From Bryobacteraceae bacterium (GTDB taxonomy: Bacteria; Acidobacteriota; Terriglobia; Bryobacterales; Bryobacteraceae): DNA of 64,000 nucleotides. Of this stretch, positions 9,663-17,745 are shown piece after piece; position 1 is the first letter of the stretch; each line of letters opens with the position of its first letter. The stretch lies in assembly GCA_025062235.1 (NCBI GenBank), contig JANXAE010000001.1, positions 493-64,492 of the forward strand, in the 5' to 3' direction. The translations under genes were made by a program, and so were the position numbers. The notes under the pieces were generated by a model. It worked only from the letters and a program-made list of their open reading frames with translations, made no database searches and was not told the DNA's origin.

Positions 9663-10658
9663 TCAGCCCTTCCAACTGCGTGCGGCACGGACCATCTCTC
9701 GCAGGTTTTCGAGCGGCGTGGTGGGCGGCAGGCCGCAGCCTGGGGCGAGGATGTGCACGCCGGCGGCAAGCGATTCCTCGACGGCGCGGCGCACGTCCGC
9801 GGGCGTCCCATTGAGCAAGACCTCGACGGTGGGCACGCCGCCGGCGATGGCGCAATCGCCCGCGCCCACGGCTTGCACCAGATCGGTCCGCGCTTCCAGG
9901 CTGATGACTTCCGAGCCCGCGCGGTGCAGCATGGGCAGGATGCGGGTATTGGAGCCGCAGACATGGAGAATGGTCGGGGCGGGCAGGGCCGAGACCAACT
10001 GCTGCTGAGCGGGCAGGATCAACTGCTGGTAGAGGCGGGGCGAGGTCATGTCGAGGCTGGCGGCCATGTCCTCGACGGTGATCGCGTCCGCGCCGGCGGC
10101 GACTTGCCTTCGACCGTACTCCACGCCCAGCTCGATGGCCAGATCCAGGTACGGCTGCAGCGCATCGGGCCGGCGTACCGATTCGGTGAGCACGGTCTGG
10201 ATACCGAGCAACTGGCAGACGATCGTGAAAGGACCCACCAAGCCGCCGAGCACCGCCACGTCCTCGCCCACGCGACGCCGCAGGCGGGCGATGGCCTCGA
10301 TGACCACGCGCGCACGGCCGGTGTCGAGATCGGGCAATGGCGGCGGCGGGTCCCCCGGTTTCAACGGGTGCGAGCGCACCTGCGCGTTGGAAGTGCGATC
10401 GCCGAGGGTAACCTCGGCGCCCAGCAATTCGGCTTCGATGGTCTGGTCGAAGGGCACGCGGACAAAGTCGAAGCCGACGATCTCGTGGGCGGCGGCGGCC
10501 AGACGGGTCATGGCTTCGGCATCGCGGTGCGCCTCGGGCCACCAAGCGCCCGCCGCTTCCATCTGGGCGACGGTGGCGGACTGCACCAGCGCGCCTACGG
10601 GCACGGGGCGCACGTGCTGGCGCCGCATGGCGGTGAGCAATCGTTCGCGCGGTGTCAT
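9663..10658 (-). CDS. MtaA/CmuA-family (URO-D fold) methylcobamide methyltransferase
   Basis: MTPRERLLTAM..VPVG...WPEAHRD N-terminus; Zn-type motif HVCG plus APGCG. The ATG at 10658 overlaps the upstream stop (ATGA, 10655-10658). Confidence 0.8.
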   Translation of the reverse strand: MTPRERLLTAMRRQHVRPVPVGALVQSATVAQMEAAGAWWPEAHRDAEAMTRLAAAAHEIVGFDFVRVPFDQTIEAELLGAEVTLGDRTSNAQVRSHPLKPGDPPPPLPDLDTGRARVVIEAIARLRRRVGEDVAVLGGLVGPFTIVCQLLGIQTVLTESVRRPDALQPYLDLAIELGVEYGRRQVAAGADAITVEDMAASLDMTSPRLYQQLILPAQQQLVSALPAPTILHVCGSNTRILPMLHRAGSEVISLEARTDLVQAVGAGDCAIAGGVPTVEVLLNGTPADVRRAVEESLAAGVHILAPGCGLPPTTPLENLREMVRAARSWKG

Positions 10659-11818
10659 GGCAGCAGGGTGCGGCGGGCCTCCTCGATCATGGCCCGGACG
10701 TTCTCCACCGGGGAATAGGAATCGATCTCGCAGCCGGGCATGACGACCGCCGTGGTGTGCGGCAGGGTGGCCTCGAGGAACTGGCGCACCATGCGGCGCA
10801 CGTCTTCCGCGGTCCCGTGGCAAGCCACCTGCGTCGTGGGCGAATTCATGGCGCAGCGCTTGCCGGCGAACAGGCGCGCCACCGATTCGCACCACTCCGG
10901 CCAGCGAAGCTTCTGGCTGTAGTAAGGCATGTCGTACTGCACGGCCCTGATGCCGTCCCATTGTACGAGCAATTGCATGGCTTCGGGGAGGTTGTGGCCG
11001 CAGATGTGCCAGAACACGTAGGGAAACAATTTTACGGCTTTTTGTACGAAGATCTCGTCCGCGTAGCCGAACTCGCGCAACTGCCGCGGCCCCCAGGTGC
11101 GCGCCCCGCCGAACAGGCAGACGAAGTGCAGGCCATGCTTGCGTGCGATTTCGCCGTAGAAGTCCAGCGCCGCCAGGCGCTCCTCGAGCGCGAGGTCGAG
11201 ATAGCGTTTGACCTTCTTCGGCTCGGTGACCGTCCACCGCACGAACTGCTGCACTTCGACGAGCGTTTCGGCATAGTTGGAGGGCGTGGCGATCCCCACG
11301 ATCACGGGCACGATGCGATCCATCTTTTCCTGGAATTCCAGCAGCTGGAGCATGTGGGGCGTGTAGTGCGTGACGGCCCGGGAGCCTTCGAGGTAGCGCT
11401 CGTAGGCGCGGCTCTCGTAGAGCTCGATGGCCTCGTCAATGGTCTTGGCCAGCGGTTTGAACAGCAGGTAATCCTTGTCGCCGCGATGGACGAAGTGGTG
11501 GGGGCGCTTTTCGGGAGGGATGAAGTTTTCGATCTGGTGGCTGATGTCCACGTACATCCAGATGGCATCGGTGCGCAGGTCCGCCCAGGTCCGGATGCAG
11601 GCGTCGGTGGTTTTGTCCACGTCGTTGTAGATTTCCCTGTGGGAGTAGCCGGCGTAGGTGATCTGCCAGTAATCCAGCTCGGGGGCTACCGGGACCAGAT
11701 CGAGATCGTTGCGGCGCAGCTCGAAAGCGGCGACCATGCGCTGCCAGTGCGTCAGCTCGCCGACGGGGGCCAGCTTGCCTTTCAGACGGCGAACCCAGGC
11801 GTCCACGATCTCGCTCAT
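10655..11818 (-). CDS. URO-D/MtaA-like methyltransferase paralog (candidate substrate:corrinoid methyltransferase)
   Basis: 387 aa with WHICGHN and MPGCEID motifs in the same relative order as MtaA-type enzymes. ATGA overlap with the corrinoid protein stop at 11815-11818. Confidence 0.65.
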   Translation of the reverse strand: MSEIVDAWVRRLKGKLAPVGELTHWQRMVAAFELRRNDLDLVPVAPELDYWQITYAGYSHREIYNDVDKTTDACIRTWADLRTDAIWMYVDISHQIENFIPPEKRPHHFVHRGDKDYLLFKPLAKTIDEAIELYESRAYERYLEGSRAVTHYTPHMLQLLEFQEKMDRIVPVIVGIATPSNYAETLVEVQQFVRWTVTEPKKVKRYLDLALEERLAALDFYGEIARKHGLHFVCLFGGARTWGPRQLREFGYADEIFVQKAVKLFPYVFWHICGHNLPEAMQLLVQWDGIRAVQYDMPYYSQKLRWPEWCESVARLFAGKRCAMNSPTTQVACHGTAEDVRRMVRQFLEATLPHTTAVVMPGCEIDSYSPVENVRAMIEEARRTLLP

Positions 11819-12513
11819 GCCGACCTCCTGGCGCTGCGCAGCTCTTCGACCAGCCGGTCGAGTTTCGCGACGGCTTCCCAGGCGTCGTCGCTGGCGTCGT
11901 CGGCGCCCATGCGGCGGGCGGCGGCGGGATCCACGGCGGGGCCGCCGCAGATGATCCGGACGCGGTCGCGCAGGCCCGCTTCTGCGATGGCGCGCACGGT
12001 CTCGCGGGTGTGCATGAAAGTGGAGGTCATGTAGGTGCCCAGACCGACGATGTCCGGCTCGTGCTCCCGGATCGCCTCGACGAACTTCTCGTCGGCCACG
12101 TCCACGCCGAGGTCAATGACGTCGTAGCCCGCGGCCTGGAAGACCGGGACGGCAACGTCCTTGCCGACCGAGTGGATGTCGCCGTGGATGGTGCCAATGA
12201 TCATCTTGCCGCGCGTGGCGCCGCAGCCAGCCTTCCGGATGAGCGGGCGCAGGATCTCGAGGCCGCGGTAGTAGACGTCGCACGACACCAGCACCTCGGG
12301 CATGAAGATCTCTCCCGACTTGAATAGTTCGCCCACGCGCCTCATGCCCGCTGAGAGCCCTTCCGCGAGAATCTCGGCGGGTGCCAATCCGGCTGCGAGG
12401 GCTTCCTCGACCAGGGGGCCGACGCCCTCGAGATCCATTTCGAGCACGGCTTGGGCCAGCCGTTGGAGTCGCTCGGCCTTCTCCACCGCTTCCTCCCGCG
12501 ATGTTCGGTGCAA
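11815..12513 (-). CDS. corrinoid (cobalamin-binding) protein, MtaC/MtbC-like
   Basis: B12-binding DxHxxG motif (GDIHSVGKD), N-terminal helical cap (LVEEALAAGLAPAEILAEGLSAGMRRVGELFKSGEIFMPEVL) and a Rossmann-like C-terminal half. TTG start at 12513. Confidence 0.85.
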   Translation of the reverse strand: MHRTSREEAVEKAERLQRLAQAVLEMDLEGVGPLVEEALAAGLAPAEILAEGLSAGMRRVGELFKSGEIFMPEVLVSCDVYYRGLEILRPLIRKAGCGATRGKMIIGTIHGDIHSVGKDVAVPVFQAAGYDVIDLGVDVADEKFVEAIREHEPDIVGLGTYMTSTFMHTRETVRAIAEAGLRDRVRIICGGPAVDPAAARRMGADDASDDAWEAVAKLDRLVEELRSARRSA

Positions 12514-12530
12514 CAGCCGAACCCTTGCTC

Positions 12531-12566
12531 GAGACCGGGCGGGCCGCTTCGAGCTCCGCCGGTCTC
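12531..12566 (-). promoter_or_regulatory. strong hairpin in the leader of the corrinoid operon, overlapping a B12-box-like string
   Basis: Plus strand has GAGACCGGGCGG (12531-12542) and CCGCCGGTCTC (12556-12566), an 11-bp stem with one bulge. It lies 18 nt upstream of the TTG at 12513. The minus strand reads AGTCGGGAGACCGGCGG at 12572-12556. Confidence 0.4.
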
Positions 12567-12825
12567 CCGACTAAGAGTACTACAAGGGGAGCAGGTTGGG
12601 GATGCTCGATGCGAGCATGCAAGCGCGCGGTCGCGCCGTCGGATGTGGCCGCGCCGGATGTCGTCCCGGTTCGGCAGTTCGACTGCCCGTTCGGCCGGAT
12701 CCGTGCGAGAGCACACGCCGGGAGGAGCCGCGCGACGCGCCTGCGCGGCGGTCCGAAGGGCGGTCGACAGCAGGGGGCGGCTCTGGATAAAAGTTTTTCC
12801 GAGTCCACCACGCGCACACGCGACC

Positions 12826-13470
12826 ATGAGCCGGAGGCCTCGCACACAGCCTTTTTATGACGAAGAGCCGGTGATTGCCCGCTCCAACAAGTATCACCGG
12901 GAGTGGTGCTCGGCGGTGGCCCTGATCGGTCCGGCGCAGAGGCGGCTCCGCTCTTACAAGGAGGCGCAAGAACTGGGATTGGAGCCCTGTCGGATCTGCA
13001 AGCCGTACCCGTACGGCTTGCAGGCGATCGCCGGGCGGATGCGGCTGCGGAAAGAGATGGCGGAAGACGCCCAGCTGGAGCACGAAGAGCAACTCGAGGA
13101 GCGACTCCAGAGAGCGATCGAGCATCTCGATCCCGGGCGGGCATGCCCCGAAAGGGCCGCTACGGATTCGCCGGCAGAGTCCTTCGCAGAGGTCGTCGCC
13201 ACGCTGCAAGCGATCGCTCGCCGGCTGGAAATTTTGCCTGACGAGGAACCCGGGGTGGGCCGACTGCTGGCGACTCTCAGAAGGAGGACGCGGGCGAATT
13301 TCCCCGACTGGCTCCTGGCGATGCTGCGATTCGTGTGGCGCACCAGTCGGCGTCTGGAGCGGCCGAAACGGGAAGATCCGGTGACGAAGCTCCAGCTCGA
13401 GGCCTTTTTCGCCTGCCTTGGGGCCTTCGATGAATGGGCGGATCGCTGGGGTCTCCGACAGAAGCAGTGA
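12826..13470 (+). CDS. hypothetical protein with an N-terminal Ada-like zinc-binding motif and a helical, charged C-terminal part
   Basis: KYHREWCSAV...SYKEAQELGLEPCRICKP resembles the small Ada-type metal-binding domain (YH..C...F.....A...G..PC..C.P). The rest has no recognisable family. Confidence 0.5.
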   Translation: MSRRPRTQPFYDEEPVIARSNKYHREWCSAVALIGPAQRRLRSYKEAQELGLEPCRICKPYPYGLQAIAGRMRLRKEMAEDAQLEHEEQLEERLQRAIEHLDPGRACPERAATDSPAESFAEVVATLQAIARRLEILPDEEPGVGRLLATLRRRTRANFPDWLLAMLRFVWRTSRRLERPKREDPVTKLQLEAFFACLGAFDEWADRWGLRQKQ

Positions 13471-13556
13471 TGGCGCTCGAAGGGTGCCGGGGAGGGGCTC
13501 GCCAGCGCAGCGATGTCGGGAAGCGGGCACGCGGCGATCAGGGGAGAATCCGCAGG

Positions 13557-13646
13557 GTGATGCCCTCGGGCGCCGCGGGCCTCGGCCAGCGGCGTCCTCG
13601 AGCCCGACGCGGGACGCGTGATGCCCTCGGGCGCAGGGGGCCGCGG
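13557..13646. repeat. two-copy imperfect direct repeat (about 30 nt, 61-nt period) in a gene-less region
   Basis: GTGATGCCCTCGGGCGC is exact at 13557-13573 and 13618-13634. Similarity continues about 12 nt further (cGcGGGCCtCGG versus aGgGGGCCgCGG). Confidence 0.6.
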
Positions 13647-14540
13647 GGGGACTCGGTTCCTCGCTGCTGGAGTGCGCCGGGCGGAAATTGCTGCGAACGG
13701 GTCGTTTAGGGTTTGGTGGTGGGAGCGCTCTGGTACGCGAACTGCTCAGGGACGAGCGGACAATACCTCGCCTCCGGTTCGGGCCCGGGCGACGGGTAGC
13801 CGAACCGCGCGGGCCGAGCGTTCCCAACGGCGCCCCGGCGTTGCGCACTGCGGGCCGGAGCTTCGGTCAGGGTGGCACTGCGTTTCCTGCGCGTCCTGCG
13901 TCCGCCCGCACGGCGTGCACGGTGTCCCCTAGGGCTGCCTGAGCCCGACCGTGCGACGGCGGAGGAGACCGGCATTGGGGGCGGGGATGAGTTCTCTCGG
14001 CCCTATGGCCCAGCTGTACGGCGTCTCGAACCGGGTTGGCAGGTGCGCGACGGCCCGAACGGTCCAAGGTGAAGTGCCGACCCCGTCGGGGCGCGGAGTG
14101 GCCCGCCGTGCAGGAGCACCCGGCGATTGGGTGTCCCGAAGCGGTCTCCAAGCGGGGCGCAAGCGGCGCTGGGGAGCACCGCCCGGCGGGCTTGCGGTTC
14201 CGATGCTGCGGTGCACACGCGTTGCCCGTCGTCGCTGGGCCGTGTCCCCGGGTTCGCGGATGCGAGGTCCGGTGAACCCTCGCCCTGCCGGGCACAGTAA
14301 GCCCGCTGGGTTCCGAGCACCGAATGGGACGCGGAACCATTCGTAACACGCAGCCATAGGTTATGCCTCTTCGTCCACGCGGAGGCAGTGGGCGGGAGCG
14401 GGCGAACTCGGCGGAGGTGGACCCCGGATTGCCAGGAACGTCGGGCGGGAGGCGCAGGACCGGTGGGCTGCCATGCACTGGGCGCCCCGGGCCCCCAGTC
14501 GGGTTGAGCGACAATGGTACTGAGCCTACCTTCGAGGTCC

Positions 14541-15827
14541 ATGGCTGAGGTTCCCGCGATGCCGGCAGAGGTTCAGCGGACAGTCCTGCCCAACGGGGTG
14601 CGGGTGATCAGCGAACGTATGCCGCAGGTGCGGTCGGTATCGGTGGGCATTTGGCTAGGGACGGGGGCGCGACTGGAAGCGCCGCACGAGACTGGTATTT
14701 GCCACTTCCTGGAGCACCTGCTCTTCAAAGGGACCCGGAAACGATCGGCCGAGGAAATTGCGCGCTCGGTGGACTCCATCGGGGGGAATCTGGACGCCTT
14801 CACCGGGAAGGAGATGGTCAGCTTCAACGCCAAGGTGCTCGACGAGCACCTCCCGCTGGCTTTCGACGTGCTGGCCGATCTGGTGACCGGGCCGCTGCTG
14901 AGGCCCGAGGACATCCGGAAAGAGAAAGGGGTGATCCTGGAAGAGATCAAGATGGAGCTGGACAACCCCGAGTACCTCGTGCACGAGATCTTCGCCAGCA
15001 ATTTCTGGAAGGGCCACGCACTGGGGCGACCGATTCTGGGCACGCGCGAGACGGTGCAGCGCTTCACTCCGGAGATGGTGGAGAACTACTACCGGCGGGT
15101 CTACATCCCCTCGAACATTCTGGTGACGGCGGCGGGGAATCTCGATCACGAGAGGCTGGTCGAGCTGGCGGCCGAACACTTCCGCGACATGCCGGCAGGC
15201 GACGGATTGCCCGAGGACAAGCCGCCCGTGACGCACGCGCGACTGGCGCTGCGGCACAAGAAGTCCCTCGAGCAGATCCACCTCTGTCTGGGCGTGCCTG
15301 CCTATCCAGCGCCGCACCGGGAGCGCTTCGCCAGTTACGTATTGAACGTGCTGTTGGGCGGTGGAATGAGCTCGCGGCTGTTCCAGAACATCCGCGAGCG
15401 GCAAGGACTTGCCTACGCGGTGTTCTCCGAGCTCAACCCTTACCGTGACACCGGCTGCCTCTCGATCTATGCAGGGACCTCGGTGGACGCGGCGCGCAAA
15501 GTGGTGCAGTTGATCCTCGTCGAGCTCAGGCGCTTCAAAGAGGAGCCGGTGAGCGAGGAGGAACTGAGGCGCGGCAAGGACTACCTGAAGGGCTCGCTCA
15601 TCCTCGGTCTGGAGTCCACCAGCCACCGCATGGCGAATCTGGCGCGGCAGGAGCTTTACTTCGGTCGCTTCTTCAGCCTAGACGAGCTGATCGAGGACAT
15701 CGAGCGCGTGACCGCGGCCGACGTGCAGCGCGTGGCGCAGCAGTTCTTCGATTCGCGTCTGATCACGCTCACCATGCTGGGCAACCTGGATGGCGTGCGC
15801 TTCCGCCGCGAGGAACTGGACTGCTGA
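14541..15827 (+). CDS. M16-family (pitrilysin/insulinase-like) zinc peptidase
   Basis: Inverted zinc motif HFLEHLLFKG with a downstream E-rich region; about 428 aa. ATG at 14541. Confidence 0.88.
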   Translation: MAEVPAMPAEVQRTVLPNGVRVISERMPQVRSVSVGIWLGTGARLEAPHETGICHFLEHLLFKGTRKRSAEEIARSVDSIGGNLDAFTGKEMVSFNAKVLDEHLPLAFDVLADLVTGPLLRPEDIRKEKGVILEEIKMELDNPEYLVHEIFASNFWKGHALGRPILGTRETVQRFTPEMVENYYRRVYIPSNILVTAAGNLDHERLVELAAEHFRDMPAGDGLPEDKPPVTHARLALRHKKSLEQIHLCLGVPAYPAPHRERFASYVLNVLLGGGMSSRLFQNIRERQGLAYAVFSELNPYRDTGCLSIYAGTSVDAARKVVQLILVELRRFKEEPVSEEELRRGKDYLKGSLILGLESTSHRMANLARQELYFGRFFSLDELIEDIERVTAADVQRVAQQFFDSRLITLTMLGNLDGVRFRREELDC

Positions 15828-16301
15828 CGGACTCCTCCGAAACCGCGAACTTCCCCGAATCCCCCGCCGTGCGGGCGAGGGCTGCTGAGGGGCATCGTCG
15901 TTGCGCCGCGCAATAGGGTGCACTCGCTTTCGTCGGAGGCCTCGAGTTCGGGGCGCGGCAGCATTTTCGTGGCTCGTGGGGGCCTGGGGCCCTCGACAGC
16001 GCACGTCGGGCGAACGGTCACCGAAAGGCCGGCAACCGACGATCGGGCTGAAGTCCCGGGCGGCGCAGCCCCCGGGTTCCCGGGGCGCGCGGCAGGGGGT
16101 TCACGGGATTTTCGCGGCGGGATAGCTCCGCCTGTCGCTCCAGGCGGGAGCAGGAGCGGCGACGGCGGTAACGCGCGAGCCCGGTGTTGGCCAGCCGTCG
16201 AGTCCTCCTCCGGGGGTTGGCGCCGGCCGAGGTTGCCCATCGCCATGCGCGGGCGGCCCGCGGGAATACCGTGCAGCGAAAGGGACCCGGAGGCACAGCG
16301 G

Positions 16302-16721
16302 TCAGGGCAAAGCTGATCGGTGCCACCCGGGCCGGCGCGGGCCTTCGAGGCGGCGGTGCAGCCCGCACCAGTTTTCCGAAACGACGATGGAGTTCGCCGG
16401 ATTGTCTGGCAGGTACTTGACGCTGGCGTGTCCGCTGAGACCTGCGAGGTCCGCAGGCAGGCGATCGAGCAGCGGGCTGAGATCCTGCGAAGCGACGTAC
16501 TCGGTGCCGCCCACATGGTAGCGGTAATAAACGACGTGGCCGCGCACTTCGACCAGGACGCCGTCGGTGACCCGGCCCTGGGCTTCGACGCGAAGCCTGC
16601 GACGGCGCTCGCGCTCCTCAGGGGTAAGCGGTCGGCGCCACTTTCGCCAGGCCACTGCGCCGCCGACGCCTGCGATCAAGACAACGGCTGCGGCTAGCCA
16701 CGGGCTCGAGCCGAAGGGCAT
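16302..16721 (-). CDS. small membrane-anchored DUF3592-like protein
   Basis: N-terminal TM (WLAAAVVLIAGVGGAVAW) followed by GVLVEVRGHVVYYRYHVGGTEYVASQ...VKYLPDNPANS, a pattern typical of DUF3592. Confidence 0.55.
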   Translation of the reverse strand: MPFGSSPWLAAAVVLIAGVGGAVAWRKWRRPLTPEERERRRRLRVEAQGRVTDGVLVEVRGHVVYYRYHVGGTEYVASQDLSPLLDRLPADLAGLSGHASVKYLPDNPANSIVVSENWCGLHRRLEGPRRPGWHRSALP

Positions 16722-16745
16722 GGCGAAGATGGCGTCAAGCGACCG

Positions 16746-17714
16746 CTACTTGCCCGCTGCGTACTGTCGGTAGAGCTCCGCGATGCCTGCGCTTTTGAAA
16801 TCGCCGGGATGGATCACCACGCGGTATCGGAACCGCAGGCTCCCGCCGGGCTGAAGCGTGATGCTGCCGTCGCGGTTCTTGTCCGCCATGAAATCATGTT
16901 CCCCGAAAATGTTCGCGGCGAACAGGCCGTAGCTGCGGGCGTGCCAGAAGGTGGGGTGTTTGGGATTTCCGGGGTGGTCGAAAATGGCCACGCCGAGCTT
17001 TTCCCCGTCCACCTCGCCGAAATAATCCACCCAGGCAGAGCGCTTGCCCCAGACCTGGCGTTCGCCCTCGAGTCCTTCGGCGTTGACCATCTTACCGGTC
17101 CGAGGGACGGACTCGGGCGCGCCGCGCGAGGGTTCTTCGAGGGAAGGTGCCAGGCGCAGCGCGAAGGTGCCTTCCTTGGTGTCGCCGAACTTGACGGTCT
17201 CGAGCGCCGTCAGATGAATGTCGAAGTCCACGACGCGCAGCTCGGGGTGTGAGTGGAAGACCATGGTTCGGCGTTCGTTGAGCAGCGGTTTGCCGGTGCC
17301 ATCCAGCCAATCGAACGAGGCCTCGATCGAACCTTGCCGCTGGCCGCTCTTGACGGCAATGACCTGTTTGAGCACGACCTTGCCCTTGCCCTTGCCGACG
17401 CCCTTCTGCATGGGTTCGTTGGCCCAGAAGTCCCAGCCATTGACGTCGCCGTGGGTGAACCACAGGCCACGGTGATGCGGGTGGTCGCGACGTTCGCCCT
17501 CGCGCTGCTCCATGGGGTAATAGCGCGTGACGACCTTGCCCGATGCCGAGCGGAGCGGGTGCAAGTAGGGTTTGGGCGCCTCGGGACCGACGAAGAACGT
17601 CGTGAAAGGCTTGCCGTCAATTTCCACTTCGATGCGGTCGGGCCCTTGCGCGATCTTGACCTGGGCCGCCGCCAGAGCGGCCAGCAGCAGGAGGCTGGAT
17701 AAGTACCGTTGCAT
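16746..17714 (-). CDS. PmoA/DUF6807-family secreted protein
   Basis: Signal peptide MQRYLSSLLLLAALAAAQ. KPYLHPLRSASGKVVTRYYP and DHPHHRGLWFTHGDVNGWDFW are hallmark strings of this family. Confidence 0.75.
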   Translation of the reverse strand: MQRYLSSLLLLAALAAAQVKIAQGPDRIEVEIDGKPFTTFFVGPEAPKPYLHPLRSASGKVVTRYYPMEQREGERRDHPHHRGLWFTHGDVNGWDFWANEPMQKGVGKGKGKVVLKQVIAVKSGQRQGSIEASFDWLDGTGKPLLNERRTMVFHSHPELRVVDFDIHLTALETVKFGDTKEGTFALRLAPSLEEPSRGAPESVPRTGKMVNAEGLEGERQVWGKRSAWVDYFGEVDGEKLGVAIFDHPGNPKHPTFWHARSYGLFAANIFGEHDFMADKNRDGSITLQPGGSLRFRYRVVIHPGDFKSAGIAELYRQYAAGK

Positions 17715-17745
17715 GCCAATCAGTATACGACGCGTGCGAAGAGCC

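Noticed and set aside
13557-13646. Direct repeat with regular spacing, considered as a mini CRISPR array.
   Set aside because: There are only two copies and the extended copies differ at several positions. No cas genes are in the window. The repeat core is a short GC palindrome of the kind common in GC-rich intergenic DNA.
13873-13887. Sigma-54 promoter-like string TGGCAC-TGCGT-TTCC.
   Set aside because: The -12 element reads TTCC rather than TTGC, so the conserved GC dinucleotide is broken. The site lies about 650 nt upstream of the nearest downstream start codon.
13900-14400. Possible RNase P RNA, tmRNA, SRP RNA or group II intron domain V, based on strings such as GGAGGAGACCGGCATTGGGGGCGGGG, GGTCCAAGGTGAAGTGCCG, CACAGTAAGCCCGCT and CGCAGCCATAGG.
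   Set aside because: The near-invariant blocks are absent on both strands. There is no GAGGAAAGTCCGGGC and no ACAGAANCCGGCTTA. There is no tRNA-like GGTTCGANTCC...CCACCA end and no GGAAGCAGCC SRP motif. The resemblance is limited to short GC-rich strings.
15990-16301. RNase P P4-like (CTGAAGTCCCGGGC) and cobalamin-riboswitch-like (GGGAATACCGTGCAGCGAAAGGGACCC) strings in the convergent spacer.
   Set aside because: No matching partner motifs occur in the right order. No downstream gene on the plus strand is available for a riboswitch to control.
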